DNA of 64,000 nt from Bacteroidales bacterium (GCA_017521245.1 JAFXDI010000023.1:1614-65613), one strand, 5' to 3'. Positions 1 through 10,920 are shown, counted from the first letter of the stretch. Notes: generated by a model from the letters alone, not told the origin. Program-made: numbers and translations.

Positions 1-697
1 GTGGAGAGTTTGGTGCTTGTGGACCTTCATCTGTTACCGCTTTCATAACCTTTTTACGTAGGGGTTTATCCTCATCTATCAAGTAGATGCAGTTACCCTC
101 TGATTTTCCCATCTTACCGCTACCGTCAAGACCAGGAACTTTTATTGACTCTGAACCGAAGTTATAACTCTCAGGCTCTGGGAAGAACTCTACTCCATAT
201 ATATTATTGAAACGGCGTGCAAAACGGCGAGTCAACTCCAAGTGTTGCTCCTGATCTTTACCCACAGGCACTTTTGTCGCTTTGTGAATAAGTATATCCA
301 CAGCCATTAGTGATGGATAGGTTAATAGTCCAGCATTTACGTTTTCGGGTTGTTTGCGAACTTTATCTTTAAACGATGCAGTACGCTCCAACTCTCCAAT
401 ATATACGTGCATATTCAACAATAGGTACATTTCCGAAATCTCGGGAACATCGCTTTGGATGAATATTGTCGACTTCTCAGGATCAAGTCCCGCTGCAAGA
501 TATTGAGCCAATATACTCTTAACATTATCGTGCAATTGAGCAGGATCTGGGTGTGTTGTTAATGCGTGAAGGTCTGCAATAAAAAAGAAACAATCGTTCT
601 CATTCTGCATCTTCACAAAGTTACGCAACGCTCCATAGTAGTTTCCCAAATGGAGGTTTCCTGTTGAGCGAATACCGCTCACAACTATATCTTTCAT
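1..697 (-). CDS. trpS: tryptophan--tRNA ligase, partial (first ~232 codons; 3' end lies beyond the window edge)
   Basis: Absent from the ORF track because it runs off the edge. My translation from ATG (695-697, minus) reads MKDIVVSGIRSTGNLHLGNYYGALRNF (HIGH-type motif) and later LDGSGKMGKSEGN (KMSKS-type motif). Confidence 0.85.
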   Translation of the reverse strand, partial: MKDIVVSGIRSTGNLHLGNYYGALRNFVKMQNENDCFFFIADLHALTTHPDPAQLHDNVKSILAQYLAAGLDPEKSTIFIQSDVPEISEMYLLLNMHVYIGELERTASFKDKVRKQPENVNAGLLTYPSLMAVDILIHKATKVPVGKDQEQHLELTRRFARRFNNIYGVEFFPEPESYNFGSESIKVPGLDGSGKMGKSEGNCIYLIDEDKPLRKKVMKAVTDEGPQAPNSP

Positions 698-769
698 AAT
701 TCTTTCTCTACTCTTTTTTAATTAATGAGGAACGACTTGCATCGCTCCTCTTTTATATATGTTATTATT

Positions 770-1240
770 TTATATTGACAAATCTTCAATTGGGAGTGGT
801 TGACGGAACGCCTCTTTAAACGAGATTATTGACTCGGTACGAGCCAACCCCAATGGTTGTAATTTATCGTGAATTATATCCAATAGGTGAGCATTATCAC
901 GTGCATATAGTTTAATAAACATATCGTATTGTCCTGTTGTATAGTGACACTCAACCACCTCGGGTATCTCTCTTAGTTTTGCAACCACATCTTCAAATTG
1001 ATCAGGTGTTTGAAGATATAAACCCATATAGGCACATGTTCCAAAACCAACCTTTGCAGGATCAACAAAATAGTCAGTTCCTTTTATTATACCTAAATTC
1101 ACCAATCTTTGTACTCTTTGATGAATTGCTGCACCAGATACTCCACATTCACGAGCCACTTCAAGAAATGGAACTCTGGCATTTGCTGAAATTAATCGTA
1201 AGATTTTATAGTCCAACGAGTCTAATTGTTGTCTTGCCAT
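770..1240 (-). CDS. Lrp/AsnC family transcriptional regulator
   Basis: 156 aa. N-terminal HTH (LDYKILRLISANARVPFLEVARECGVSGAAIHQRVQRL) followed by an AsnC-type ligand-binding half. Confidence 0.85.
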   Translation of the reverse strand: MARQQLDSLDYKILRLISANARVPFLEVARECGVSGAAIHQRVQRLVNLGIIKGTDYFVDPAKVGFGTCAYMGLYLQTPDQFEDVVAKLREIPEVVECHYTTGQYDMFIKLYARDNAHLLDIIHDKLQPLGLARTESIISFKEAFRQPLPIEDLSI

Positions 1241-1480
1241 ATCTTTTATTTTTTAATTACAATTTAATAGTACAAATATATAATATTTTTGAATATAAAT
1301 GTATCTTTAATTAATAATTTTTGAAATTTTGAGTATGAAATTATAATTTTCAAACAATTTATATGAATTTAACACCTATATTATTATAATTTATAAGTAA
1401 CAATTTAATTTTATGCAATTAGCAAATAGTCCTAATCTCAGGGATTTATAGATTTGATAATATGTTTTTACAGATTCAGT

Positions 1481-1511
1481 TTTGTAGAATAAAAATATTT
1501 GATTACCTTTG
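1481..1511 (+). promoter_or_regulatory. Bacteroides-type promoter for tRNA-Pro(GGG)
   Basis: TTTG (1481-1484), 19-nt spacer, TACCTTTG (1504-1511). Matches the TTTG / TAnnTTTG consensus about 20 nt upstream of the tRNA 5' end. Confidence 0.55.
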
Positions 1512-1531
1512 CACCCGATTCAGACAAGATT

Positions 1532-1606
1532 CGGGATGTAGCTCAGCCCGGTTAGAGTACACGTCTGGGGGGCGTGTTGTCGCTGGTTCGAATCCAGTCA
1601 TCCCGA
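1532..1606 (+). tRNA. tRNA-Pro, anticodon GGG
   Basis: Hand-folded 75-nt cloverleaf: acceptor CGGGATG/CATCCCG, D stem GCTC/GAGT, anticodon stem CACGT/GCGTG with loop CTGGGGG, T arm GCTGG-TTCGAAT-CCAGT, discriminator A. No encoded CCA. Confidence 0.9.
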
Positions 1607-1615
1607 CAAAATAGA

Positions 1616-1654
1616 AATGCTAATTGGTTAAAACCGATTAGCATTTTTTGTTTT
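1616..1654 (+). terminator. rho-independent terminator after tRNA-Pro(GGG)
   Basis: 12-bp stem AATGCTAATTGG / CCGATTAGCATT (one G-T pair) followed by TTTTTGTTTT. Confidence 0.7.
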
Positions 1655-1680
1655 ACCTGCTATCTTTAATTTCTTATAAT

Positions 1681-1899
1681 TTAAAGAGTAAGCGTATAAA
1701 GCAATATTCCCATTACTAATAACAAGAATAGCAATAATATAGGATATATTATGCAAGCAAAGATTTTTTTTAGTACTGAAAAATCCAATGGATTCTCAAT
1801 CCATTCCTTTATAAGTTTCTTGTATAAAAAAAACATATACACAAAAAACAGCATTAACGGGAAAACCATTAATACAAAAAATAATATTTTACCCATCAT
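1681..1899 (-). CDS. small hydrophobic membrane protein (hypothetical, 72 aa)
   Basis: Two predicted TM segments. Sits 9 nt downstream of the thioesterase gene on the same strand. No recognisable family. Confidence 0.4.
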   Translation of the reverse strand: MMGKILFFVLMVFPLMLFFVYMFFLYKKLIKEWIENPLDFSVLKKIFACIIYPILLLFLLLVMGILLYTLTL

Positions 1900-1908
1900 A
1901 TTGCTAAA

Positions 1909-2286
1909 CTAAATTGACAATCCAAGTTTCTGCATAAACTTTTGGATATTAACAATATAGCGAATATGTATTCCCTCGCCTATTGTTTTATTATCTTCTG
2001 TTGCCAGAACAGAGAATGTTAGTTTTCTGCCCTCCTGTTGCAAGAGAGTTGCGGTTGCTTTTATGTTTGCTCCTATTGGAGAGGGCGAAAGGTGTTTAAT
2101 ATTTAACTCCGAGCCAACGGTGGTTTCTCCCTCTGATAGTATTTTCTCTGCCGCTTTCATTGCTGCGTTCTCCATAAGAGCTGCCATTGACGGAGTAGCA
2201 AATACAGGAAGCGTTCCCGAGCCTACAAACTCGGCGGTATTCTCTTTTTGAACTTGAACTTCTGAAGTGCTACTTATCTTATCCAT
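1909..2286 (-). CDS. hotdog-fold thioesterase family protein
   Basis: 125 aa. The VGSGTLPVFATPSMAALMENAAM segment resembles the FlK-like small thioesterase family. Assignment is from memory of the family. Confidence 0.6.
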   Translation of the reverse strand: MDKISSTSEVQVQKENTAEFVGSGTLPVFATPSMAALMENAAMKAAEKILSEGETTVGSELNIKHLSPSPIGANIKATATLLQQEGRKLTFSVLATEDNKTIGEGIHIRYIVNIQKFMQKLGLSI

Positions 2287-2295
2287 TATTGTTTT

Positions 2296-2847
2296 TTAGA
2301 AAAGTGATAAAATTGTGGGAACGGAACCGTCCTCATCATCCTCTTTAATATTCTCAATTTCAATATCTTCCTCTAACAAATCATCTATTTTTGGTTCCTC
2401 TGCAATAATAGGTTCCTCTTCAACCGTACTATATGTTTGAGGCTCCTCTTTCTCCATCTTCTTTGAAGCCTTTTTCGATAAAGTCTCATTCTCCTTCGCT
2501 TCAAGAAATTCTATATAGTTGCGTATTGCCATAAGTTCAGCTCTGACATCTTTTAGACGATTCACAACCTCTATTGTGGTGTTCTCTAAATCAGGGTTAT
2601 CTTTGAGACGTTTTTTTGCACCATCAAGAGTTAAACCTTTCTCTTTTACAAGATGATATATTAGTTTTACAACCTCTAAATCAGAGTTGCTATAAAGGCG
2701 AACTCCTCGCGATGCTCTACGAGGTTTTATCTCTTTAAATTCTCGCTCCCAGAAACGAAGTGTCGATTCATTTGTGCCTACAATTTCGGCAACCTCACTT
2801 ATTGAGTAAAACTGTTTTTTTGGGTATTCTGAACGTTCGCCTGCCAT
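2296..2847 (-). CDS. MerR family transcriptional regulator with acidic C-terminal tail
   Basis: YSISEVAEIVGTNESTLRFWEREF...GVRLYSNSDLEVVKLI is a MerR-type HTH. Divergent from alaS. Confidence 0.8.
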   Translation of the reverse strand: MAGERSEYPKKQFYSISEVAEIVGTNESTLRFWEREFKEIKPRRASRGVRLYSNSDLEVVKLIYHLVKEKGLTLDGAKKRLKDNPDLENTTIEVVNRLKDVRAELMAIRNYIEFLEAKENETLSKKASKKMEKEEPQTYSTVEEEPIIAEEPKIDDLLEEDIEIENIKEDDEDGSVPTILSLF

Positions 2848-3030
2848 ATTTTGAGTTTATTTTATATAAAACTGCTATTTTTTGATAGATATTATCAACT
2901 TATTTGTTCATAATTTACGCAAAATTAATATTTTGAATTATTTTTGCAAATTGTTTGAGGACTTTTTATATGGAACATATAACTTGCCACTTAAACTTTC
3001 ATTTTTTTGAATAAAATAAACTAAACAAAT

Positions 3031-5655
3031 ATGCTTACATCAAAAGAAATTCGCGAATCGTTTAAAGAATTTTTCAGATCAAAGGGACACGAGATTGTTC
3101 CTTCGGCTCCTATGGTTATAAAAGGAGATCCCACTCTAATGTTTACAAATGCAGGTATGAACCAATTTAAAGATATTATTCTTGGTAATGCCCCTATCAA
3201 ATACCCCAGAGTTGCAGACTCTCAAAAGTGTTTGCGTGTAAGTGGTAAACATAACGACCTTGAAGAGGTTGGTTTGGATACTTATCACCACACTATGTTT
3301 GAAATGTTAGGTAACTGGTCGTTTGGTGATTACTTCAAAAAAGAGGCTATCGATTGGGCTTGGGAATACCTTACTGAGGTTCTTAAACTTGACAAGAATC
3401 GTTTGTATGCTACCGTTTTTGAGGGTTATGCACCCGAAGGTTTGGAGCGTGATGATGAGGCTGCTGGTTATTGGGAGAAACACTTACCTGCTTCACACAT
3501 CATAAACGGAAACCGTAAAGACAACTTCTGGGAGATGGGCGATACAGGACCATGCGGACCTTGCTCTGAGATTCACATTGACCTCCGCTCTGATGCTGAA
3601 CGTGCAGAGAAAGATGGTCGTGAACTTGTTAACGAGAGTCACCCACAAGTTATTGAGATATGGAACTTGGTATTTATGCAATACAACCGCAAAGCAGATG
3701 GTTCATTAGAGGGACTTCCTGCTAAGGTTATCGACACAGGTATGGGATTTGAGCGTTTGTGTATGGCTATACAAGGCAAGACTTCGAACTACGACACTGA
3801 TGTTTTCCAACCTATCATTCTTGCAATTGGTCAACTTTGCGGTAAAAAATATGGCGAAGATGCTCAAGCAGATATTGCAATGCGTGTTATTGCCGACCAC
3901 GTTCGTACAATCTCATTTGCTATTACTGATGGTCAATTACCTTCAAATGCAAAAGCAGGTTATGTAATACGCCGTATCTTACGCCGTGCTGTACGTTACG
4001 GATACACCTTCTTAGGACGTCAATCGGCATTTATATACTCACTTATTCCTACTCTTGCCGACCTTATGGGAGATGCTTATCCCGAACTTGTTTCTCAAAA
4101 GGAACTTATTATGAAGGTGGTTAAAGAGGAAGAGGAGGCATTCCTTCGTACTCTTGCTACTGGTATTAAACTTTTAGATAAGGTTATGGCAGATGCTAAA
4201 GAGGCTGGTAAAGATAAAATTGGCGGTAAAGAGGCATTTACTCTTTACGACACATACGGATTCCCATTAGACTTAACCGAACTTATTCTTAAAGAGAACA
4301 ATTTAGGAGTTGACATTGAGGAGTTCAACAAAAATATGCAGGCTCAAAAAGAGCGCGCTCGTAACGCTGCCGCTACTGAAACTGGCGACTGGGTTATTGT
4401 TAAAGAGGGAGATCAAGAGTTTGTTGGTTACGACTTTACAGAGTGCGATGTTGAGATTTTACGCTATCGTAAAATGAAACAAAAAGATAAAGAGTTTTAT
4501 CAAATCATATTAGACAAAACTCCTTTCTATGCCGAAATGGGAGGTCAAGTTGGTGATACTGGTACTCTTACTGCCGACAATGGCGAGGTGGTAAAAATCA
4601 TAAACACTGTATCGGAAAACAACTTGGGTATGCAAATTACCGAGAAACTTCCCGAAGACCTTACTTGTGGCTACGTTGCAAAAATTGATGTAGAGAAACG
4701 TTTGGCTACTGCATGCAACCACACAGCAACCCACCTGCTTCACGAGGCACTACGCGAGGTATTAGGCTCTCACGTTGAGCAAAAAGGTTCGTATGTAAAC
4801 CCAAAAACTTTACGTTTCGACTTCTCTCACTTCCAAAAGGTTACTCAAGAGGAGTTACGTGAGGCAGAGAAACTTGCAAACAAAAAAGTTCGCCAATGTA
4901 TAGCTCTTGATGAGCGTAGAAATATGCCAATTGCAGAGGCTAAAGCAATGGGTGCAATGGCATTGTTCGGCGAGAAGTATGGCGATGCTGTTCGTGTTAT
5001 CAAATATGGCTCATCAGTTGAACTTTGTGGAGGTACTCACGTTGCCAACACAGGTATGATTGGTCAAATAAGAATTATCTCAGAGAGTTCAGTTGCAGCA
5101 GGCATCCGCCGTATTGAGGCTATCACTGCTGAGGTTTGCGAAAAATCACTTTACGATCTTGAGGACCTATTGAGCGGACTAAGAGAGATGATGAACAACG
5201 CTCCCGATATTAAGACCTCTATTAAAAAGATGATGGAGGATAACAGCTCTCTACGTCAGCAAGCACAAGAGTTTGCAAAAGAGCGTGGAAAACGTTTGAA
5301 AGATGATATTATCAAAAACATTGATGAGCGTTCAGGCATAAAAGTAGCATCAATTGTCAACGTTGTTGCTCCCGAAACTATTAAAGATATTGCATTCCAA
5401 TTAAGAGGAGAGTTTACAGAGAACTTTGCATTTGTTGCAGGAACAATCTCTGGCGAAGACAAGCCTTTGCTTACTGTTATGTTAAGTGAGGATTTGGTCA
5501 ACAAGGGATTAAATGCTTCGGCTCTTGTTCGTGAAGGTGCAAAACTTATTCAAGGAGGCGGTGGCGGACAACCTCACTTTGCTCAAGCAGGAGGAAAGAA
5601 CAAAGAGGGTATAAGCCAAGCAGTAGAGGCTATTATTAATGCTATTGTTGGATAA
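3031..5655 (+). CDS. alaS: alanine--tRNA ligase
   Basis: 874 aa. Class II AlaRS N-terminus ([31 protein letters not shown]), editing-domain HxxxH (HTATHLLH), C-terminal DHHA1-like [14 protein letters not shown]. Confidence 0.97.
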   Translation: MLTSKEIRESFKEFFRSKGHEIVPSAPMVIKGDPTLMFTNAGMNQFKDIILGNAPIKYPRVADSQKCLRVSGKHNDLEEVGLDTYHHTMFEMLGNWSFGDYFKKEAIDWAWEYLTEVLKLDKNRLYATVFEGYAPEGLERDDEAAGYWEKHLPASHIINGNRKDNFWEMGDTGPCGPCSEIHIDLRSDAERAEKDGRELVNESHPQVIEIWNLVFMQYNRKADGSLEGLPAKVIDTGMGFERLCMAIQGKTSNYDTDVFQPIILAIGQLCGKKYGEDAQADIAMRVIADHVRTISFAITDGQLPSNAKAGYVIRRILRRAVRYGYTFLGRQSAFIYSLIPTLADLMGDAYPELVSQKELIMKVVKEEEEAFLRTLATGIKLLDKVMADAKEAGKDKIGGKEAFTLYDTYGFPLDLTELILKENNLGVDIEEFNKNMQAQKERARNAAATETGDWVIVKEGDQEFVGYDFTECDVEILRYRKMKQKDKEFYQIILDKTPFYAEMGGQVGDTGTLTADNGEVVKIINTVSENNLGMQITEKLPEDLTCGYVAKIDVEKRLATACNHTATHLLHEALREVLGSHVEQKGSYVNPKTLRFDFSHFQKVTQEELREAEKLANKKVRQCIALDERRNMPIAEAKAMGAMALFGEKYGDAVRVIKYGSSVELCGGTHVANTGMIGQIRIISESSVAAGIRRIEAITAEVCEKSLYDLEDLLSGLREMMNNAPDIKTSIKKMMEDNSSLRQQAQEFAKERGKRLKDDIIKNIDERSGIKVASIVNVVAPETIKDIAFQLRGEFTENFAFVAGTISGEDKPLLTVMLSEDLVNKGLNASALVREGAKLIQGGGGGQPHFAQAGGKNKEGISQAVEAIINAIVG

Positions 5656-5733
5656 TAACTAACAGTTATCAGCAGTCAGGTTTGAGAACAAAACCATAAA
5701 ATAATAATCAACCAAAATAAAAGTAAAATATAG

Positions 5734-7635
5734 ATGAGAAGATGGCGTATTGAAGACTCTATGGAGTTGTATAATATCAACGGCTGGGGCCTTAAATATT
5801 TCACTATTAACGACAAAGGGCATGTAGCAGTTACTCCCAAAGAGGGAGGTGCGAGTGTCGATTTAAAAGAATTGATGGATGAACTTCAGGTGCGTGACGT
5901 TACTGCTCCTGTATTGGTTCGTTTCCCTGATATTCTTGATAATCGTATCGAAAAGATATCGAACTGCTTCAAGAGAGCAGCAGATGAGTATGGTTATACT
6001 GCACAAAACTTTGTGATTTACCCTATAAAGGTAAACCAAATGCGACAAGTGGTTGAGGAGATTGTCAGTCATGGTAAAAAGTTCAACATAGGTTTGGAGG
6101 CAGGCTCTAAGCCCGAACTACATGCTGTGTTGGCTACAAATGCAGGTAAGGATTCATTGATTATCTGTAACGGTTATAAAGATGAGAACTATATTGAGTT
6201 GGCTCTTCTTGCTCAAAAGATGGGACGCAGAATATTCCTTGTTGTTGAGAAGATGAACGAACTTGTTCTTATTGCCGACATTGCCAAACGTTTGAACATA
6301 CGCCCAAATATTGGTATCCGCATTAAACTTGCAAGTAGCGGTAGCGGTAAATGGGAAGAGTCGGGAGGCGATGTAAGTAAGTTCGGATTAAACTCGAGCG
6401 AACTTTTAGACGCCCTTGATTTTATAGACAAAAAACAACTTCGCGACTGCGTACGCCTAATTCACTTTCATATAGGTAGTCAAGTAACAAAGATACGCCG
6501 TATCAAGAATGCTCTTAAAGAGGCATCACAATTCTACGTTCAATTGCGTAAGTTAGGATTCAATGTAGATTTTGTTGATATTGGCGGAGGTCTTGGCGTT
6601 GATTACGATGGTACACGCTCATCGGCAAGTGAGAGTAGTATGAACTACTCTATACAAGAGTATGTAAATGACTCTATCTGGGCATTGGTTGATGCCTCAA
6701 ACAAGAACAATGTACCCCACCCCAATATCATCACCGAATCGGGACGTTCACTTACAGCCCACCACTCGGTATTAGTTTTTGAGGTATTGGAGACTGCTTG
6801 CCTTCCCAAATGGGAACGCGATGATGAGATGCCTGATGATGCTCATGAGTTAGTTAAGGAGTTATACCACCTACGCGACAAAGTATCATCTTCGCAACTT
6901 ATTGAGACTTGGCACGATGCCCTTCAAATCAGAGAAGAGGCACTTGACCTGTTCAGTATGGGACTTTTAGACCTTCCAAACCGAGCTTTGGTTGAGCGTC
7001 TGTTCTGGAGTGTGGCAAGAGATGTTTATGCCGAATCGGCTTCACTTAAACACGTCCCAGAAGAGTTGAAGAAAATCTCCAGAATGTTACCAGATAAATA
7101 TTTCTGTAACTTCTCATTATTCCAATCTCTTCCAGACCTTTGGGCTATTGATCAAGTATTCCCAATTATGCCTATCGCTCGTTTGGATGAGAAACCCGAT
7201 TGCAATGCAACTCTACAAGATATTACTTGCGACTCTGATGGTAAGATTACAAACTTTATATCATACCAAAGTTTGAGTAACAGTCTGCCTGTTCACTCAA
7301 TCAAGAACAAGAAGGAGTCATATTATATAGGCGTATTCCTTGTGGGTGCATATCAAGAGATTTTGGGAGACCTACACAACCTGTTTGGCGACACCAATGC
7401 AGTTCATGTCAGCGTGTATGACGACCACTATGAGATTGACCAGATCATAGATGGCGAGACTGTTGCCGAAGTATTGGATTACGTTCAATATAATCCTAAG
7501 AAGATGGTACGCTCGTTAGAGACTTGGGTTACATCTTCAATGAAGGCTGGTATAATAACTCCCGAAGAGGGACGCGAGTTCTTATCGAACTACCGTTCGG
7601 GACTTTATGGATATACATATCTCGAAAGAGATTAA
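5734..7635 (+). CDS. speA: biosynthetic arginine decarboxylase
   Basis: 633 aa. SpeA-type N-terminus (WRIEDSMELYNINGWG), PLP-lysine region YPIKVNQ, GGGLGVDYDG motif. Confidence 0.95.
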   Translation: MRRWRIEDSMELYNINGWGLKYFTINDKGHVAVTPKEGGASVDLKELMDELQVRDVTAPVLVRFPDILDNRIEKISNCFKRAADEYGYTAQNFVIYPIKVNQMRQVVEEIVSHGKKFNIGLEAGSKPELHAVLATNAGKDSLIICNGYKDENYIELALLAQKMGRRIFLVVEKMNELVLIADIAKRLNIRPNIGIRIKLASSGSGKWEESGGDVSKFGLNSSELLDALDFIDKKQLRDCVRLIHFHIGSQVTKIRRIKNALKEASQFYVQLRKLGFNVDFVDIGGGLGVDYDGTRSSASESSMNYSIQEYVNDSIWALVDASNKNNVPHPNIITESGRSLTAHHSVLVFEVLETACLPKWERDDEMPDDAHELVKELYHLRDKVSSSQLIETWHDALQIREEALDLFSMGLLDLPNRALVERLFWSVARDVYAESASLKHVPEELKKISRMLPDKYFCNFSLFQSLPDLWAIDQVFPIMPIARLDEKPDCNATLQDITCDSDGKITNFISYQSLSNSLPVHSIKNKKESYYIGVFLVGAYQEILGDLHNLFGDTNAVHVSVYDDHYEIDQIIDGETVAEVLDYVQYNPKKMVRSLETWVTSSMKAGIITPEEGREFLSNYRSGLYGYTYLERD

Positions 7636-7650
7636 ACTATATAAAAGAGT

Positions 7651-8430
7651 ATGCGATATTTCCTCGAGATTGCTTATGACGGCAGTGCCTACCATGGTTG
7701 GCAGGTGCAACCAAATGCCATAAGCGTACAACAGGTTATTGAGGAGATATTGCATAAACTTTTGGGTACCCCTACCCCCGTTGTTGGTGCTGGAAGAACA
7801 GATGCTGGTGTTCACGCCAAAAGAATGTTCCTGCACTTTGACACAGAGAAAGAGATATGCTCCGATGATTTTGTGCGTAGATTAAACTCTATTCTACCAC
7901 AAGACATATCGGTATATGCCATACACCGAGTCAAGGATGATGCTCACGCACGTTTTGACGCAACATACCGCACCTACAACTACTATATAACAAATGTAAA
8001 GAGCCCTTTCACAAGACACTATTTTCACAGATACTTTGGCACTCTCGATTTTGATGCTATGAACCAAGCTGCAGAGAGGTTGAAGAGTTTTACCGACTTT
8101 ACAAGTTTCAGCAAACTGCACACCGATACAGTTACCAATAACTGTTGTGTAATGGATGCCCATTGGGAGGAGTGCGAGGGAGGACACCGATTTGTCATAA
8201 CTGCCGACCGTTTTTTACGCAATATGGTGCGTTCAATTGTTGGTACTCTTATTGAAGTTGGCAGAGGCAAACTTACAATAGAGGAGTTTTGTAAAATTAT
8301 TGAGGCCAAAGACCGTTGCAAAGCAGGAACATCAATGCCCGGCAATGCACTATTCTTGGTTGATGTGGGATACCCAGAAGAGGTTGTTAGTTGTCAACTT
8401 CGTTACCCCTATGGGGTAGTTGTTAGTTAA
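7651..8430 (+). CDS. truA: tRNA pseudouridine(38-40) synthase
   Basis: 259 aa. [14 protein letters not shown] and catalytic [11 protein letters not shown] motif. Confidence 0.93.
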   Translation: MRYFLEIAYDGSAYHGWQVQPNAISVQQVIEEILHKLLGTPTPVVGAGRTDAGVHAKRMFLHFDTEKEICSDDFVRRLNSILPQDISVYAIHRVKDDAHARFDATYRTYNYYITNVKSPFTRHYFHRYFGTLDFDAMNQAAERLKSFTDFTSFSKLHTDTVTNNCCVMDAHWEECEGGHRFVITADRFLRNMVRSIVGTLIEVGRGKLTIEEFCKIIEAKDRCKAGTSMPGNALFLVDVGYPEEVVSCQLRYPYGVVVS

Positions 8431-8476
8431 AGTAGGAACGTAGTATGCTACGTACACTAAAATACAAAAGTAGAGA

Positions 8477-9307
8477 ATGAAAAAAGTTACAATACAAGGA
8501 GTTACAGGCTGTTTTCACGAAGCAGCAGCAAGAAACTATTTTGCAGGAGAGGAGATTGAGACCGTACCCTGTCAAACATTTAAGGAGTTGTTCAATACAA
8601 TGGCTTGTGAGAGCGACTACTATGGTATTGTTGCAATAGAGAATACCATTGCAGGCTCGTTGTTGCAAAACTATGAACTATTACGAGCAAGTGAGTTGCA
8701 AATCATAGGAGAGTATAAACTCCGCATATCGCACGTTTTAGCGGCTCTTAAAGGGCAAACTATTGAAGATATTACTGAGGTAAACTCTCACCCCATCGCT
8801 CTTGCTCAATGCGACAACTTCTTGGATGCTCACCCACGTCTGAAAATTGTTGAGAAAGATGATACCGCAGGCTCGGCAAAGGAGATTGCAGAGAAAAATC
8901 TCACAGGACATGCTGCCATTTGTGCCGATATTGCCGCTGAGTATTACGGACTAAATATACTTGAAAGAGGAATTGAGACTAACAAACGTAACTTTACCCG
9001 CTTCTTAATATTGGCAAATGCCAACAAAACAGAGAACAGTGCCAACATTCCCGGCATCAACAAAGCATCGTTAGTATTCAGTCTTCCTCACGCACACGGA
9101 AGTTTATCAAAGATATTGACAATCTTCTCGTTCTACGATATAAACCTAACAAAGATTGAGTCAATGCCAATTATCGGTTGCGAATGGGAGTATCGTTTTT
9201 ATGTAGATGTTACATTTAACAACTATGTTCGTTACCGCCAATCACTAACCGCTATCACCCCACTCACTAAATCGTTTAGAATATTGGGAGAGTATAAGGA
9301 GTTTTAG
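8477..9307 (+). CDS. pheA: prephenate dehydratase
   Basis: 276 aa. PDT domain (GVTGCFHEAAA, ENTIAGS, TRF motif at NFTRFLIL) plus C-terminal ACT-like region. Ends TAG-TAA. Confidence 0.9.
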   Translation: MKKVTIQGVTGCFHEAAARNYFAGEEIETVPCQTFKELFNTMACESDYYGIVAIENTIAGSLLQNYELLRASELQIIGEYKLRISHVLAALKGQTIEDITEVNSHPIALAQCDNFLDAHPRLKIVEKDDTAGSAKEIAEKNLTGHAAICADIAAEYYGLNILERGIETNKRNFTRFLILANANKTENSANIPGINKASLVFSLPHAHGSLSKILTIFSFYDINLTKIESMPIIGCEWEYRFYVDVTFNNYVRYRQSLTAITPLTKSFRILGEYKEF

Positions 9308-9390
9308 TAATTAGGAATGAGTAATTAGGAATTGTAGCAAAGCCCTGTACTAATTCCTAACTACTCTCTTCTAACTACTAATTATTTACC
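9305..9390. repeat. heptamer-phased AATTAGGAAT repeat / long composite hairpin filling the pheA-gadB convergent gap
   Basis: GTAATTAGGAAT occurs twice (9307-9318, 9321-9332). An inverted partner TAATTCCTAA lies at 9351-9360, giving a ~16-bp imperfect stem 9320-9336 / 9346-9365. CTAACTACT occurs twice at 14-nt spacing. Confidence 0.7.
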
Positions 9391-10825
9391 TTCCCGTATG
9401 TGAAAAGAAGTGCCACTTACGTTTATGACAATCTTTTTTATCTGTTGCTATACGCGACTCGGTTGGGTATTCCAACTTCTCCAAATCGGCAATGTAGGTT
9501 TTAATATCGGCAAGTAGCATATCTGCCATATCGCGAGAGAAGCCTTGACGTACTACTATTCGCATTACGGTCATATCCTCAATATCCTTTGGCATTGTAT
9601 AGGCAGGTACCATCCAACCACTCTGTTTTAGTCGGTCTTGCAGGTCAAATAGTGTCCATTTTGCTTTTTTTGCATAATCATCTTTGAGAGACCAAATGAA
9701 CAACGGATTTTCAAGTGTTGTACTATATGCGTGGAATTGTGGCATTTTGGCAATCTCAGCGTGTAGATACTCTGCTACCGCCATACTGCTCTGCTGAATG
9801 GCTTTATATCCTTCAAATCCCAATCGGATGAATTGGTAGTATTGTCCTAAGATTTGTGCCGCAGGGCGAGAGAAGTTTAATCCTACTTGCGTTATATTTG
9901 CTCCAAGATAGTTTACACTGAACGACATCTCTTCGGGTAGATACGATTTATCTTTCCATACCACCCAACCCAATCCGGGATATACAAGACCATATTTGTG
10001 ACCTGAGGTGCTTATTGAGAGTACCCACTTCAAACGGAAATCCCAACGCTTTTCGGGTTGTAGGAATGGTAATATAAACCCGCCCGATGCTGCATCAACG
10101 TGAATTGGCACGTTATGCCCTGTTGAGGCATTATACTTTTCGAGTGCTTGATTGAGTGCCTCCACATCATCATTTAGTCCTGTCCATGTTACTCCTTGAA
10201 TTGGCACAACGCATATTGTATTCTCATCACACATTGATATGGCTTTCTCAATATCAAGTGTTATATGTTCGTGTGTTAGGGGTACAGTACGCATCTCAAT
10301 TTGCCACAACTGTGCAAACTTTTCCCATACTACCTGATAGCCCGATGATATTACAAAGTTTGGTTTGTCGCATGGCTTTCCTGCTGCTTTTCGGCGTGCT
10401 TTCCAGCGTAACCACGCTGCCACTCCTCCCAACATACACGCCTCTGATGAGCCTATTGCTATTGCTCCCGTTTTCCATTTGTTCTGTTCAGGAGAGTTCC
10501 AAAGGTTTGCCATAATGTTAATGCATTTGGCATTCATCACCGCTACACGAGGATATTCTGTTTCATCAATGTAGTTAACCGCTATTGCCTCGTTCATAAG
10601 TCGGGTTGCATACTTATCCATATAGGTTGTTACAAAGGTGGCAAGATTTAGACGTGGCTGAGTTTGTGCAAAGGTCTCATCTTTTACCATCTGGTAGGCA
10701 ATCTCGGGTGAGGTTGGATGACATGGGATTGTTTCACATGGTGCTGATTGCAACATTCGCTCCGATCCAAAGATTGGAGTTGTGCATCCACAACTGTCGG
10801 TGTGGCAACTGTTATTTTCTTTCAT
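9386..10825 (-). CDS. gadB: glutamate decarboxylase (PLP-dependent)
   Basis: 479 aa. Group II decarboxylase; SISTSGHKYG contains the PLP lysine. Strong overall resemblance to bacterial GadA/GadB. Confidence 0.93.
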   Translation of the reverse strand: MKENNSCHTDSCGCTTPIFGSERMLQSAPCETIPCHPTSPEIAYQMVKDETFAQTQPRLNLATFVTTYMDKYATRLMNEAIAVNYIDETEYPRVAVMNAKCINIMANLWNSPEQNKWKTGAIAIGSSEACMLGGVAAWLRWKARRKAAGKPCDKPNFVISSGYQVVWEKFAQLWQIEMRTVPLTHEHITLDIEKAISMCDENTICVVPIQGVTWTGLNDDVEALNQALEKYNASTGHNVPIHVDAASGGFILPFLQPEKRWDFRLKWVLSISTSGHKYGLVYPGLGWVVWKDKSYLPEEMSFSVNYLGANITQVGLNFSRPAAQILGQYYQFIRLGFEGYKAIQQSSMAVAEYLHAEIAKMPQFHAYSTTLENPLFIWSLKDDYAKKAKWTLFDLQDRLKQSGWMVPAYTMPKDIEDMTVMRIVVRQGFSRDMADMLLADIKTYIADLEKLEYPTESRIATDKKDCHKRKWHFFSHTGR

Positions 10826-10920
10826 AATTAAAGTTTTTATTGTTTACCTCTTATAAACACCTTGTATTATAAAAGAGTTTTACAAATGCTCCTGATATCC
10901 TCTTATTTAACTTATTTATA

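Noticed and set aside
5663-5690. CAG-phased heptamers (CAGTTAT CAGCAGT CAGGTTT GAGAACA) just after the alaS stop, as a further heptamer-repeat locus.
   Set aside because: Only three matching units are present. That is too short to distinguish from chance in AT-rich spacer DNA, so it is noted only as weak support for the period-7 idea.
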